Source: Chlorokybus atmophyticus
Taxonomy: Eukaryota; Plantae; Mesostigma and Chlorokybus algae
Direction of reading: 5' to 3'
Assembly (NCBI GenBank): GCA_009103225.1
Contig: RHPI01002823.1
Coordinates: 907,797-971,796 of the forward strand
Length of the DNA: 64,000 nt
Part shown: in pieces, positions 14,648-30,689 of the stretch
How the letters are laid out: each line of letters starts with the position of its first letter
Position numbering within the stretch: the first letter of the stretch is position 1
The notes under the pieces: model-generated
Told to the model about the DNA's origin: nothing
The model's database searches: none
The model's input: the letters and a program-made list of their open reading frames with translations, nothing else
Translations under genes and position numbers: made by a program

Positions 14648-14907
14648 TAGCATGTATGTAGTGAATGGAACACCAGCATGTCAGAATGCGGTTGGTGAGT
14701 GCCATGGTCAGTGTAATGCTGTGCGTTGTGAATGACATTGTTTGTTGATGCATGGTGAGATTGCACATTGTTGGGCACCATGCCTTGTGATTGTGTGCTC
14801 ATAACACTGGCCCAAACATATGTTGGTGATGTGAGCGGAATCGTGCTCCCATGGGCCATTTTGAGAACTCTCAGCTTGCTGTAGGTTGACAACGAGGTCC
14901 TTGGTCT

Positions 14908-15030
14908 TATTGCCGATTTCAACATTGCGTGTGCATCCGATTTACAAAAGGCCGTTCCCCCGCCTGTCACATCGTGACAGGCGGGGGACGGAACGCATAC
15001 ACGAAGGTTGGAAGGTTGAAATCGGCAATA
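14908..15030. repeat. 123-nt nested inverted repeat / fold-back
   Basis: Outer perfect 16-bp IR (14908-14923 / 15015-15030) and inner perfect 15-bp stem with a 3-nt loop (14956-14970 / 14974-14988). Confidence 0.85.
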
Positions 15031-15633
15031 GCGTAGATTTGTATACAAAGATCGTATGCCACATACAGCGCGCACACATAAAAACAATGTAGTGGGATTG
15101 TTTCCTCATCCGTTGATGAGCTTGCAAGAAGTGTGTCTGAGCTGATCTGTATTGCAAATGCAAGACATGCAGTAGATGCAGCACGTACCACGCCCATGTA
15201 CATATGCATGTGCATTGCCGTTTATTGTAAGTACATATGCATACAGGAAGTTGAAGATGCTATGTCAGTCACTCAGTTTTGCCTGTGTATATATGTGGTA
15301 TTTCAGTTGCACAACAGCAGCAGGCCACGCAGACACAGAGCTTCATCCAAGGCAGGGGCATGGACTAGCTACGTGCCGTAATCAAGTGCATGCAAGTGGG
15401 GTGGAGGGGGAGAGGCAGGCAGTAGGGCAAGGCAGGAGTTGGAGGCAGGGAAGGATGACTGATCACAAGCAACCTATTGCACAGCAGATTGACTGTGCAC
15501 AGTGCTGACACGTGAGGCTATCGCCCTCTCCCTAGCCCGCCCTTGCTTCACTGTTCTCAGCTTTGCTAGAACCTTGCTCAGGTCTAAGTGTAGCTTAGCT
15601 TGAAGGGCCCTCAGTGCTTGTCTAAATGCATGC

Positions 15634-16590
15634 TTGTCACTGCGCAGTGCCTTTGGTTTTGTGGCCCCTCCACACATGCAGAGCACTGGTGACGTACAGC
15701 TGTTAGCAAGGTGCTCGCGTGGCGTACTGCGATACATAGACAATCTGTTTGTGGCGGGTATCCCGGAGTTTGAGCATCTGCTGTACAGAGGACCGGGTGT
15801 CCCAGGGGGAGGCATATACCCGCGAGACATTCTGACGGTGACCAGCACTGCCTGCGGTACTTCAGTCTCATTTTTGGATCTGTTAGTGTTCCAGACGGAA
15901 GTGGGAATGTGTACCAGACTATACTGCAAGCGTGATCTGCCAGACTTCGCCAACGTACCACGCCACCGAGCACCCCTACCATCGTTTAATCTACCTCGCA
16001 CAGTGAAGTTGGGCGTCGTCGAATCCCAGTAGCGCAAGATTCAGTCGCGTTTGCACCTACCGGACTCACTTCGTCAGCGCCATGTCCGCGCTGCTCCTGG
16101 GCATGCAGCAGGACGGACACCCCATGAAACGCCTGTTGGCGACGCTGCGTCACAAGATGTTGACAGCGAACACCTACGTATACTGCACACCACCGCAGCT
16201 CTTGTACAAGCTAGTGTTTGCGGAAGTGCGCAAGCACCGGGCCTGACTGTACGAGCCACTGCACGGGGAGCAGGCTGCTGCTAACCCAGCTTGCCCGTGC
16301 CACAGACACAACAAACCAACCCCACCACCCAACCCTACCAGCTGCACCTGACCAGCACAGCAGCACAGCCCCAGCGTACGACCTAAAGGTCCCTGCCCAG
16401 CGCAGTGCTGACGTGAGCACTGCGCGGCAAGGGTTGTCGACAACTGCGGCACGCAGCAGCCCGCGCAGTAGTGGCTGAGAGGAGGGCGGAGGCAGAGGGA
16501 GCGGAGGGAGAGGGGGGAGTTGTCTAGCATGTTGATGCTGTTGTCGCTGTAGCCGTGGTTGACAACGGACTGACCAGCGCCCATGTGAGC
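15634..16590 (+). mobile_element. 5'-truncated, decayed Penelope-like retroelement (RT palm C-terminal part and thumb, plus 3' flank)
   Basis: RYIDNLF (YxDD-derived), GIYP, SFLDL, LYCKR and KLGVVESQ*. After a 1-nt frameshift: SRVCTYRTHFVSAMSALLLGMQQDGHPMKRLL...KHRA* (stop 16244-16246). This matches the PLE RT/thumb pattern. Boundaries are approximate. Confidence 0.75.
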
Positions 16591-16906
16591 AGGTACTAAC
16601 TGAATGCATGCTTGTATGTCTAACGGGGCGGGCTAGCATTGGTATAGTGTAGCAAGCAGCCATAGAACTAGCCCGGTGGTTTAAATTTGATGTGTAAAGC
16701 GTGTGTATGCTTGTGCTGATGCATGCCATTCGCATTGTCCACATGCATGCTGCCACCGTACCATACCCTTTATATACACCATTATAAGCTGCTGGCTTGT
16801 CCTTGCTGTGGCATACGTCTGGATACAGGAATTTCGACACTGCGTTACGAACTCACAACGCAAAAGAGGTGGTCACTGGCGGCAGGGCTTGGCAGTGACG
16901 TCGGCA

Positions 16907-20714
<3,808 letters not shown>

Positions 20715-22195
20715 GGTTCTAGTAGTCCCTAGCACGACTCAGTTGGGGGTTAGTGTGATTGGATATATGCAGGAGCTGGTAGGGCTACAGGGCACATTGG
20801 TGAGTGCGGTGCTACAGTCTGACCTCGTTGTAGGAATCACTTGGCTTTGGAATTGGGTGTTGGCATAGCTATGTAACTTACTTACTACAGTGAGAACACC
20901 GTCAGCATTAATACGTTGTCTATGATGCATCTCAAGTTTCACAACGACCCACCCCCGTCCATTTTCTATCCATGCTGTTCTGCACCCATGCTACAGTTGA
21001 TTATTTGTAGATGTCAACACTTCTTTACTTCAACACATGTGGGACTCTTGAGCTAGTTGTACAGATATGCTGGCAGTAGTTGGAGACATGCATGACCTCA
21101 CTCACAGCATGCCAAACAGCAACACGCAAGCACATTACAACACACGGTGGAGTACACAGCACTGCGAAAAGGGAGTGCGACGTGCTGTGCGTATGCATGC
21201 TGCGCACTAACGGGCGCAAACCCTAACGACGCAGCCACAGCAGGGTGTATGACGCTATTGTGGGTGGAGGTGGTGATGTGGGCGGAGGAGGAGGGGGAGT
21301 CCGTTGGGTCTGCTGCTGCTGCTGCTGCCTCGGCTAAGACTGGGCCGCTAACCAACGGCCGTTGTGCAGGTGAACGCATATGCATGTGCATGCTTACATG
21401 GCTAACGGGGTGGTAGGGATAGTGCAGCGTGTGAGGTAGTGAATGAACCCGGTGGTCAACCTGACAATGGTGTTGTTGGTATGCGCTATGTCACTCTGCA
21501 TGCTGCTGACTGGGCATGCCACTATGCATGTGCATTGCCGTTTCGCATTGTATGTACAACCACAATGGCTATACACACTGTTTGTTCCTCACTATACTAC
21601 ACTAGTCTAGACCTCCCCGTTAGGCATGCATACATGCGTATTAGTAGTGCATTACCTGCCCACACGGGCTCTGTCAGTTGGTGTTGGCAAAGGCAGCAGT
21701 AGCAGCAGCACAGCATGACGACTCCCTCCCTTCCGCCTGCTCTCCCTCTCCCCCCACGACATGTGCGCTGATTGTGGTAGTGCCACATGTGGAGACGTGC
21801 AAACATTATTACATGATGTGGTTGACTTGCATGTGTGGACCCAAACATCTACACTACATGCTGTCACTATGAGCCACAATCAACACAAGCCGTGTGTGGT
21901 TAAGGCTCTATGTGGAGGGCTGAGGGATGAGGCTGGGGGTTGTCGCGATGCTAGTAATGCATTACAGTGCCCGCAGCCAAGGTCAGTAACAACGGGTTCG
22001 AACAATTGTGCTTGTGTTGAAAGGGTCTTGAAAACAATAACTGCATGCAAGCAGCGGTGTATACTCAATCCTTTACACGATACTTAGCGGTGCCAATGCT
22101 GGCTGAAGAAACCAACAAAAGGCAACATACCTGTACAAGTACACCCCTCAAGGAGCTTGGTTCACCCTTGTGCAGGGAGAGCAATCCCCTGTATA

Positions 22196-22514
22196 GAGGG
22201 GGCCCCAATCAGTTGTCGTGTGCTGCGTCGTGGTCGTCATCGCCGTTGTCAGCGTCTGTGAAGCCAGTGAAGCCCGGCCTGACCACCACGCCTCTGCTGC
22301 GGAGGCCCCGTCCTGCCCTGTGCTGCCCCGTCCAGCCCTGTGCTGCCCCGTCCACTGCGCAATTGCTTAGCAGTCATGTGGGTTGCTGCGTTTTAGTTGG
22401 TTCCAGCTGCTCTGGGCCCCCGTTCATTTCCTTGTTTTGTGCTTGTAATGCTGGTGTATGACTGCGTGTGCTATGTAGCTTGTTAAGCATGAAATAGCAT
22501 TTCCATGCTTTACA
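22196..22514. mobile_element. 319-bp insertion flanked by a 6-bp direct repeat TGTATA (22190-22195 / 22515-22520)
   Basis: Absent from the paralogous downstream regions at ~27390 and ~43085; carries an internal ~19-bp tandem repeat GCCCTGTGCTGCCCCGTCC. Confidence 0.55.
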
Positions 22515-22559
22515 TGTATACCACACGGAGGATGGCCAACAATTGCAATACACAATCTA

Positions 22560-25173
22560 GCAAGACCCATATGTACAGTTGAAAAGAAGTTGACAGTGCT
22601 TGCTCTACCACAACTTGCGCGTACACCGCACTGCGCTGGGGTTGTCGGGAGCGCGCACCTTGCAGCATTTTTCCCGCACATGCTCACAACACACTTCTGG
22701 GCAAACTGCTCCCGCCCGCACTTGCACATGCGCACCCAGGGTCCAGCAGGATGCGCAACGTGCGGGAGGTACATGCCTATGTTGGTGTTTGCAAGTCTGG
22801 CGTGGTGCTCAGGATGCTGTAAGGCCCACTGCACCAACTCCTGCATCCGCTTCTCCCCCTCTCGCCGCATCGTCTCCTCAAGCTCCCGCATCTCCCGCAG
22901 ACCCCCGCATACATCCTCCGCCCACATGTCCAGACGCTCCCGATGCACTCTCCTCTGCTCTGTCAACACTCTCGTCTGCTCTTCCTGCAATTGCCGCTCC
23001 TCCTCTTGCAAGCCCTGCTTTTTTCGCCTTTGCTGCTCAAGCAGCTTCCGCTGTGCGCCACCCTCCATGGTTTCCCAAACATGCACTCGATGTCGTCCTC
23101 CTCGTAGCCAACCTGCCAATATAGGCGTGTGTCAGAAGGCGCGTGCACACACACTCATATGCATACATGCCATGCATGTGTTTATGTTACTATGAGCAAA
23201 AACGGCTGTTCAATGGCAACTCTCTTGCATGTCTATGTGGGCAGCCATACAGCAGGCATTGCAACACTCTCCACTTATAAGCAACCACACAAAATACACA
23301 AAGTACAGTGCTTACCTCCCCGCAGGTAACGCAGCACCACACAAGGTGTATATTTCTGAGCACCTTGCGCAAGCGGTTTTGAAACAGCTCAACCGCTCTG
23401 TTCTTCACGTTAACATTATGCATTAGAAGTGCCTTGTTGCCGCTCTATGCCTGCATCATGACGCTGCGCGTCTACAATGCCCTGTCGTGTCTTTCAACAG
23501 CCTGCCTGACGCGCACACGCACACACACACACGCACACACACACGAGCGCGCGCATGCACAGTTATGCGTCGCATGTGTGCTGCTGTTGCAATGGTCATC
23601 CAAGGACAATAATCAACACCTCAATGCACAGTGTGCCTTGACCCACGCAAGCTAATGACACGGCTTGAGACAGGCCAAACGCACATGCAATCGTGCTCAC
23701 CTTGCGTCTTCCTCTTTGCGCTCTGCAATGTTGAATGCCTCAGCAAACCGCAGCTCACCGTCCTGCTCGTCCTCCTCATCACCAGTGTCATAGCCACCAA
23801 GATATTCCGCAGTCTCGAATCTCTTTGGATTGTGATTGATCTCATCCGCCCCATCCCACACCTCCGCACTAAGATAGGCTCAACATGCTTGTATGCGCTG
23901 TAAAGTATGTATGAGTAGCCATTGTCGTCATCATCAAAGTAGTTGATGAATCCTTGTCGAGCCTTTCGCTGCAGGCAGATGAACTTGGTGATGTCCGTGC
24001 TTTAGAATATTGCTACTTGTTCAAACCGATAGACTATTGTAAGCGTACTTGCAATTGCACAACGGAAGTATACATAACACACGCAAGTGCACTGCACAGC
24101 CACAAGATAGCATGAATTGTCATTGATGGGTTTGGAAAGGTCGACAGCTTTTATATAGACAACAAGACTTGCGGTCTTTGACAACTAGCATGCGACAATC
24201 GTTGCTAACACAAATAAACATACTAATATTGCTTGCCTCCAAGGAATGGCAGGAACAGTGTTGTTGTTGCAATGGTTGCATTTGTTAAACAATGTGCGAC
24301 AAGAGTGCAAAACACGCTCGTTCCCTCTTGAATCACACGCATGCACCACTACCAAACTCGCAGCTATGTACGCACACAAATATGGCTTGGTGACCTGGCT
24401 GGTCTAAGTAGCATACACGCTTGTATAAGAAGCAACAACGACAACACGTGCATATCCAGTTAGCACAGACCCAAGGCACAGCATGTCAGCAGCCAACATA
24501 TAAACCCTCCCATGCACATACACACACCTGCATCTACTGTGACGTAATGTAGGGGGCAGCATCTGCGCCCATCGCAGGACCGCCGTTCTAGCCCACCTCG
24601 CTTCCGCCGTGCGCTTCGGCAGCGCATGGATGACACGCAGCTCCTCACCTGCCAAGCTGCATTGAATGAGCAGAAAAAACGATAACAACGATGATGGTAA
24701 CAATCGCTAACCGTGTGCTTAGGCAATGCGATTGTTCACATGCGTGTGATGGCATTGGTGTATATGTGTCTGCACATGCACGTAATTGTGTACAATACGC
24801 GTTAACTTCAACTCTGCATCCTTTGGTACAACAGTATTCAATGCTTCAATATGCACAGTTACCACAAAAACCAACTTGCTGAGAGAAAATACTGAAGACA
24901 TAAAGTACGAGTGCTAGATCGTATAAGACAACAAAACAACTGGCTGCTTTGCTGACCCGGAGGAAGGTGGGCCCCGATCGCTCTAAGCAGCTCCGGGGGC
25001 AGCACGGGCACGTCAGCTCTGGGAATATCGCCTTTCGTGTCGATGGAAACGCTGCAGACGCTGCCCTCAACAGCACCGACACTGACACTGACACCGACAC
25101 CGATACCGACACCGACGCCGTCCTCCCCCATACGGCGGCGGAGCTTGTCCCCCGGAAGCCGCATCCAAGGCAT
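22560..25173 (-). CDS. Orphan F-box-like gene, copy A (F-box-like N-terminus, acidic middle, coiled coil, C-terminal Cys cluster); may be intact apart from a terminal frameshift
   Basis: MPWMRLPGDK...DVPVLPPELLRAIGAHLPP|GEELRVIHALPK, AEVWDG...ERKEEDAR, VELFQNRLRKVL...WCCVTCGE, the coiled coil QRKLLEQQRRKK...EKRMQEL, and CKCGREQFAQKCVVSMCGK. Exons are paralogous to copies B and C. Confidence 0.5.
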
Positions 25174-27847
25174 GTAGCATATTGGCAACCAGCACCAAGC
25201 CTGCGACACACTTTGAAAGCAAATTAAACACTTGTTGGTTGGCGCAAAGCCCGTTGGGTGGCAACATCAAGTCATTCGCAGCGACGGCGTGGGTGGCATC
25301 AAGCTTGGAAATTCCAAGGCTTGTAACTTAGCAGACTTAAGAGTTGTAGTCAAGCAGCTTTAAGTGGCAGGTATTTGTCGTAAAAGCTTCGCCACACCTG
25401 CGCAACCATGCAACTGCATTTTTGCATACCAAATCAAGCTAGCAACAGGTAACAACTCAGTTTGAAAGTATGTAATCGTATATACTAAAGGGTTGGCTAG
25501 AGTTCAAATGCAAGCATATGTAAGCTGCTATAGCAAGGGTGGCGTTAACGTACTGACAACCACAACGACGACAACAAAACAACAAGACACGCGGATGATC
25601 TCGACCTACTTGCGTGGCAGCCGCCATGTCAGCATGCATGAAGTGAATACAACCAATGCCAATGCCGTCATGCTTCAGCTTGGGATCGTCAAGTTCATAG
25701 TATCATACCAACCATATCATACCAACTCGCATACCCATAGTATGCGAGGTGGACAGAATATTTTATGATTTATAATTCGCAGCACGTGCAAATGACCAAT
25801 TCATGCCCGTGCTACTGAATCATGCCATCCACCCCAGCTAGAGTTGGTTCGCATACCATCTACCTAGTTTTGCGAACCGGCTCCATAAGCTGCTTCGAAC
25901 ACGTTGCGCGAGCACCAGGGGTGTATTTCAAGCTCCAAGGGGAGAGAGGGAGGGGGGCAATCAAAACATGATGACAGCTCCATGAATGTGCTCTGCAGCG
26001 GTGTGTCACAATTTGTTTTCTGGTCTTTATGGGCGCCGCGTGCTGGAGGGGAACTTCCTCAAAGGTATTGGCAGTAAGTGCGTGACTAGCTCGTGCTTGG
26101 TAAGCATTGCTTAAGGAATAATGCACATGGATTGTTGCATGCCGGGTGATGAGCGAAGGTCTGTTGTCATCATAATACGGGCCAACTTGACAAGGCATTC
26201 TACGCGAGGCAAAATGCACCATGAATGTGGCAAAGGGCGGAGCCCCGATGAAGAGGAAAGGGACTTACCACCAAGAGCGGTAATGTGTTAAGGACTTTTG
26301 TTTTGCAGGCTTAAGACCTGAGCACACCCTATAAGCCTATATTTAACTTGTAGAATGGCTTACTTATCGTTGAGAGTATGACTTATTTTCAGCGCCAATA
26401 GCTACTATGCGTCATAAGATCAAAATGTTGATCGTGGCTAAAGATTTGTATGTTTGTAAACACCTACAGTTGTGCATTGCGTGACTCACTGCATCAATGG
26501 CTGCCGCAGTGACTATGGTAGCGGTTTAAGTAATGCAATTAGAAAGATAGAAACATAGGGCTTGAAACCGTTTCATGTGAAATGCGGCATGTGCACGCTT
26601 TCGTGCTTGCAAAGGCCAATGCTACGGCTGTTGGTGTAGGGGCCGCACAGTAAGGGTAAATCTGCCAAAGTTGGAGCCACATTGCACACGAGCAAGGTAT
26701 TGCATTGTAAGGTAATACATCACTGTGCCCCTGAAAACATGCATGATTAAAAGTCTAAACGTCGTGTAAAGGTATGCACTAAAGCTGATGGGTACACAGG
26801 AGTTGCGAGGGATATTCTCATGCATAACAACAATTGGTATTAATACTGTGCAAATCACGTTGGTGTACACATACCTTGACTTATTGTGTATGCATATCAA
26901 CAACAACCTGCAAGCATGTGCAGTGTGCAATTAAGGCTGTATGCATTGCTTGTTGTCATAAGCACATTAATGTGTTATAAACTAACGACCTCCTCCTTAT
27001 AGGAAACCGATTAGCTTTAAGGTTTGTCTTTACCATGTCATCTCGCTATTTTACATATTAAACACCGCAAAGACCAATATCTTTGCAACAAGGCAGAACG
27101 ATTTACATGTTAAATGAGTAGATCATTAAACATAGATGGGGACTGTAAGCTGATGTTATCAGATGTGCGCTGATATGAGTGAGCAAGATTTGTCACGTAG
27201 ACATCATGTCGGAACACTATTGTGATTACGAGAATAGATCGTAGGTTTAGTCAGTGACTGCATGCCATGCATCGACATCATTTCAAAGGTACTCAGCAGT
27301 GCCATGGCTGTCTAAAACCAAACAGTACAAATACTTGTGTACAAGCACAGCCTTCAAGCAGCTTGGTTCGCTTAGTACAGGGAGAGAAATTGCCTACACA
27401 TATGCCATGCGCAAGCCAACAACCGGAACTCATAACTCAGCAAGACCTATACGTATAGTTCGAAACAAGTCGACAAAATGCTTGCTCTACGTATACCACA
27501 AGTTGTGGCGCGCACACCCCATTGCGTAGGGGTTGTAGAGAGAGCGCTTATTGCAGCAGTCCTTGCACATGCTCGCAATACATTTCTCGGCAGACTGCAA
27601 CCAACACTCGCACGTGAAATGCCAGGATCCAAAAAAGTGCGCAACACGCGTGTTTCGGATTGCATTGCCTCCATGTCTGTTGTTTTACCAAGGGTGCTGT
27701 GAGCGCCACCGATACAACTCCTGCCTCCGCTTTACCATTGCTTAAACGTGCTTCTCCATGTCCTGCCGGTTCTTCACCTTTTGCACTTGATGCTCCCTCC
27801 ACACCTGCAAGCCCTTGCATGGATGCTCTACCCTCACATGCGCGCTC

Positions 27848-29104
27848 TGTCGTGCCTGCCATGGTCGAGGGCAACCTTGTCTCGGACAGGCTGTGGAGGA
27901 GTGCTAGTGCTGCACGCATGCTAGTGTCGTGCATTGCATTGGAGTCATGTAAGCAAAAGACAACCCCCCAATTGTGGGCATAGGCTTGAAGATGAGCCTA
28001 CGCGGTAATCAGTGCAGTGGACGAGCCGATGCCGCTCACCACCTTTGTGTACAGACTGTGTCGTAGTGCACACAGTCAACAAGCCACTACGATAGGTAGT
28101 GCTGTGGACACAGTTCTTTGCATGAGTGGATAGAATGATACACTGTTAAGTGAGGTGAATGAGTGTGCAACACGTGGATACAACACCCTGACTACTGAAA
28201 CAACACACCACCGTCAAGCTCACAGCAATGACAGGCACAGCGCACAAGAGCATGCACCGTGTCTCACGCAGTAAGGGAATTCTTGGCAACCGGGGCAGCG
28301 TGCTTCCAGTTCAAGTCGCTTCACAAGCTCTTTAGAAACAGAGTCTTTACTTCTTAATACTCCTAGTACTCACAGTACTCACTTACAGTGTCACCAGCCA
28401 GTCTGGTGACGTGATTTCCTACTTATACATGTCAAATCATGATTGTGCAGTGCCACGCGGGCATTAGGCTAACGGTCACATCGAGGCCTCATGCTATTTC
28501 GGAAATCTCGTAAGACTCGATATAGCACATGTGTTATTAACAGACTTACAACTGATCAGCTACGCGCGGTCCCTACAGACAGGTCTATAAAGTAGCCCTA
28601 GCTACATGCTACATGAGAGGTACAGTAGCTAGCAGTAGGCTGGGGCTCGCGCGGTCTTCATGCTGGTAGCCCGGGCGTGGGGCTGGGTGTAGGCATGCTC
28701 GAGAAGGACTGGCATGCGAGGGTAGATGGCATGACAGCTGTCGTGCCTGCCATGGTCAAGGGCAACCTTGTCTCGGACAGGCTGTGGAGGAGTGCTAGTG
28801 CTGCACGCATGCTAGTGTCGTGCATTGCATTGGAGTCATGTAAGCAAAAGACAACCCCCCAATCGTGGGCATAGGCTTAATGATGAGCCTACGCGGTGTT
28901 CAGTGCAGTGGACGAGCCGATGCCGCTTGCCACCTTTGTGTACAGACTGTGTCGTAGTGCACACAGTCAACAAGCCACTACGATAGGTAGTGCTGTGGAC
29001 ACAGTTCTTTGCATGAGTGGATAGAATGATACACTGTTAAGTGAGGTGAATGAGTGTGCAACACGTGGATACAACACCCTGACTACTGAAACAACACACC
29101 ACCG
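27848..29104 (-). repeat. 3' terminal repeat array: A(27848-28073)-B(28074-28736)-GC-A(28739-28964)-partial B(28965-29104), then N-gap
   Basis: Direct comparison by eye. The two A copies (226 bp) differ at ~8 positions; B matches the 5' LTR with ~11 differences. Confidence 0.9.
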
Positions 29105-29247
29105 NNNNNNNNNNNNNNNNNNNNNNNNNNNNNNNNNNNNNNNNNNNNNNNNNNNNNNNNNNNNNNNNNNNNNNNNNNNNNNNNNNNNNNNNNNNNNNNN
29201 NNNNNNNNNNNNNNNNNNNNNNNNNNNNNNNNNNNNNNNNNNNNNNN

Positions 29248-30505
29248 CCATGTTGTCCTTCATGCGCTCGCCTCGTTGTCCCAACAGGTCCAGTACCCCT
29301 GTGGGGTGCACCTTCAATACCTTGTAGACAGCACGCCCGACGGAGGTATCGAGGGTGTCGCGTGTAGACGCCATACGGTAGACGAAGTCTCCTGACTCGA
29401 AGCGGCGCTCCCGCTCCTTGTAGAAACCACTGCGCACACGCTCGTAATGCAGCGTGTCGCGTTGCTGCGCGATGCGCAGGTTGTTGAAGGCCATGGGGAC
29501 TGTGTGTTCGAACAGCGCACTGCGCACTGTCAAATCATACAACATCTCGTCGGGGTTGTCGAGATTGTCGACCACTCTGTCGACCTCCTGCTGTGCGTGG
29601 AAAGGGAGCAATGGCTGCCTTCCGAACAGTAGATAATATGGGCTGTACTCTCGCAGGGCTGCCTGCTTGGACAGCCGGTAGCCCATTGCTACCCATGGGA
29701 GGTGATCATCCCAGGTATTCTTCTCGTAGGCGAGGACGTACTTGCGCAGTGCCTTCTTGATGGTCTGCACGGTACGCTCGGCGAGGCCGTCGGCCTGTGG
29801 GTGGTCGCGTGAGGTGCGACGGTGGTCGATGAAGCATCTGTCGATAAGCTTGTCGAAGGCTCCTCTGAACTCCGTACCCTGGTCGGTGATGACTTCAGCG
29901 CAGCTGCCGAAGCGTCCGAGTACATGGGAGAGGAAAGCCTGGGCTACTCCCTCACTGCTCTTGTCGGGCAGGGGCACCAGCTCCACCCACTTGGAGAAGT
30001 GCTCGATCATGACGAGGATGTAGCGGTTGCCTCGCGTTGAGGGCGCTAGGTCTCCGAGGATGTCCAGTCCCCAGCGGTAGAACAACCTGGAAATGGGAAG
30101 GGGATGCAAGGTGGCATTGCGCGTGTTGAGGCTGGCGCGAACCATGTCACACTGCAGACAGTTGCTGACGAACCTCCGCACCTGTCTGTGCACCCCATAC
30201 CACCAGTACTGGGTCCTGACCAGGCTGACCGTGCGCTTGACACTGAAGTGCCCGAGCTCGGTGTGAAGGGAGGAGATGATGCCTTCACGTGCAGCTGGTG
30301 TGGGGACCTCCTGATCTGCATCTTGTATCCATCGATACAGCCTGTCGTTGGCCCAGCGGTAACGATGAGTGCGTTGCCGGACGCGGTCCTTCTCGCGTGC
30401 GCTCATGCCTGCTGGAAGTTGTCCAGTCTGAAGCAGTGCGAGGGATGGCTCGTCCAGCCAGATGTCTTGTCGAGTGTCGGTAGGTGCCAGCTCCTCATCA
30501 TCCAC
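29248..30505 (-). pseudogene. Integrase domain of Gypsy pol; C-terminus lost in the N-gap
   Basis: LHTELGHFSVKRT...YWWYG...CLQC (HHCC), RWGLDILG, WVELVPL, VITDQGTEF, HPQADGLAERTVQTIK (DDE). Confidence 0.93.
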
Positions 30506-30689
30506 CTCAGGGTCGGCAGCGATTGCTTCTTCTGATAAGGATCGGTGGTGGTGATGGCGGGTTCGAGAGCGGGCATGTCCCCGTCTGCTGCTGCCTCAGC
30601 GATCTGAGTCTTTCGTCCTGAGCGTAGCGCAGCGACAGCGAACATGGTGGCCACACCTGAAGGTGCAGCTTTAGGCCCAACTCATGTCG

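Noticed and set aside
16380-16460. Hammerhead ribozyme in the Penelope-like 3' region
   Set aside because: I could not find a CUGANGA...GAAA core by eye; only simple hairpins are supported.
27820-27847. TCTACCCTCACATGC in the flank resembles the LTR start in inverted orientation
   Set aside because: The flank aligns with the coiled-coil exon of paralogous copies A and C, so it is host sequence and the match is probably chance.
27848-29104. CRISPR-like or DIRS/Ngaro split-repeat element
   Set aside because: The repeats are LTR-scale with no spacers, and the element has a DDE integrase and a TSD rather than a tyrosine recombinase.
28967-29247. ORF-track integrase C-terminus (RWCVVSVVRVL...)
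   Set aside because: An artefact of reading through the N-gap into LTR sequence; a chromodomain can be neither confirmed nor excluded.
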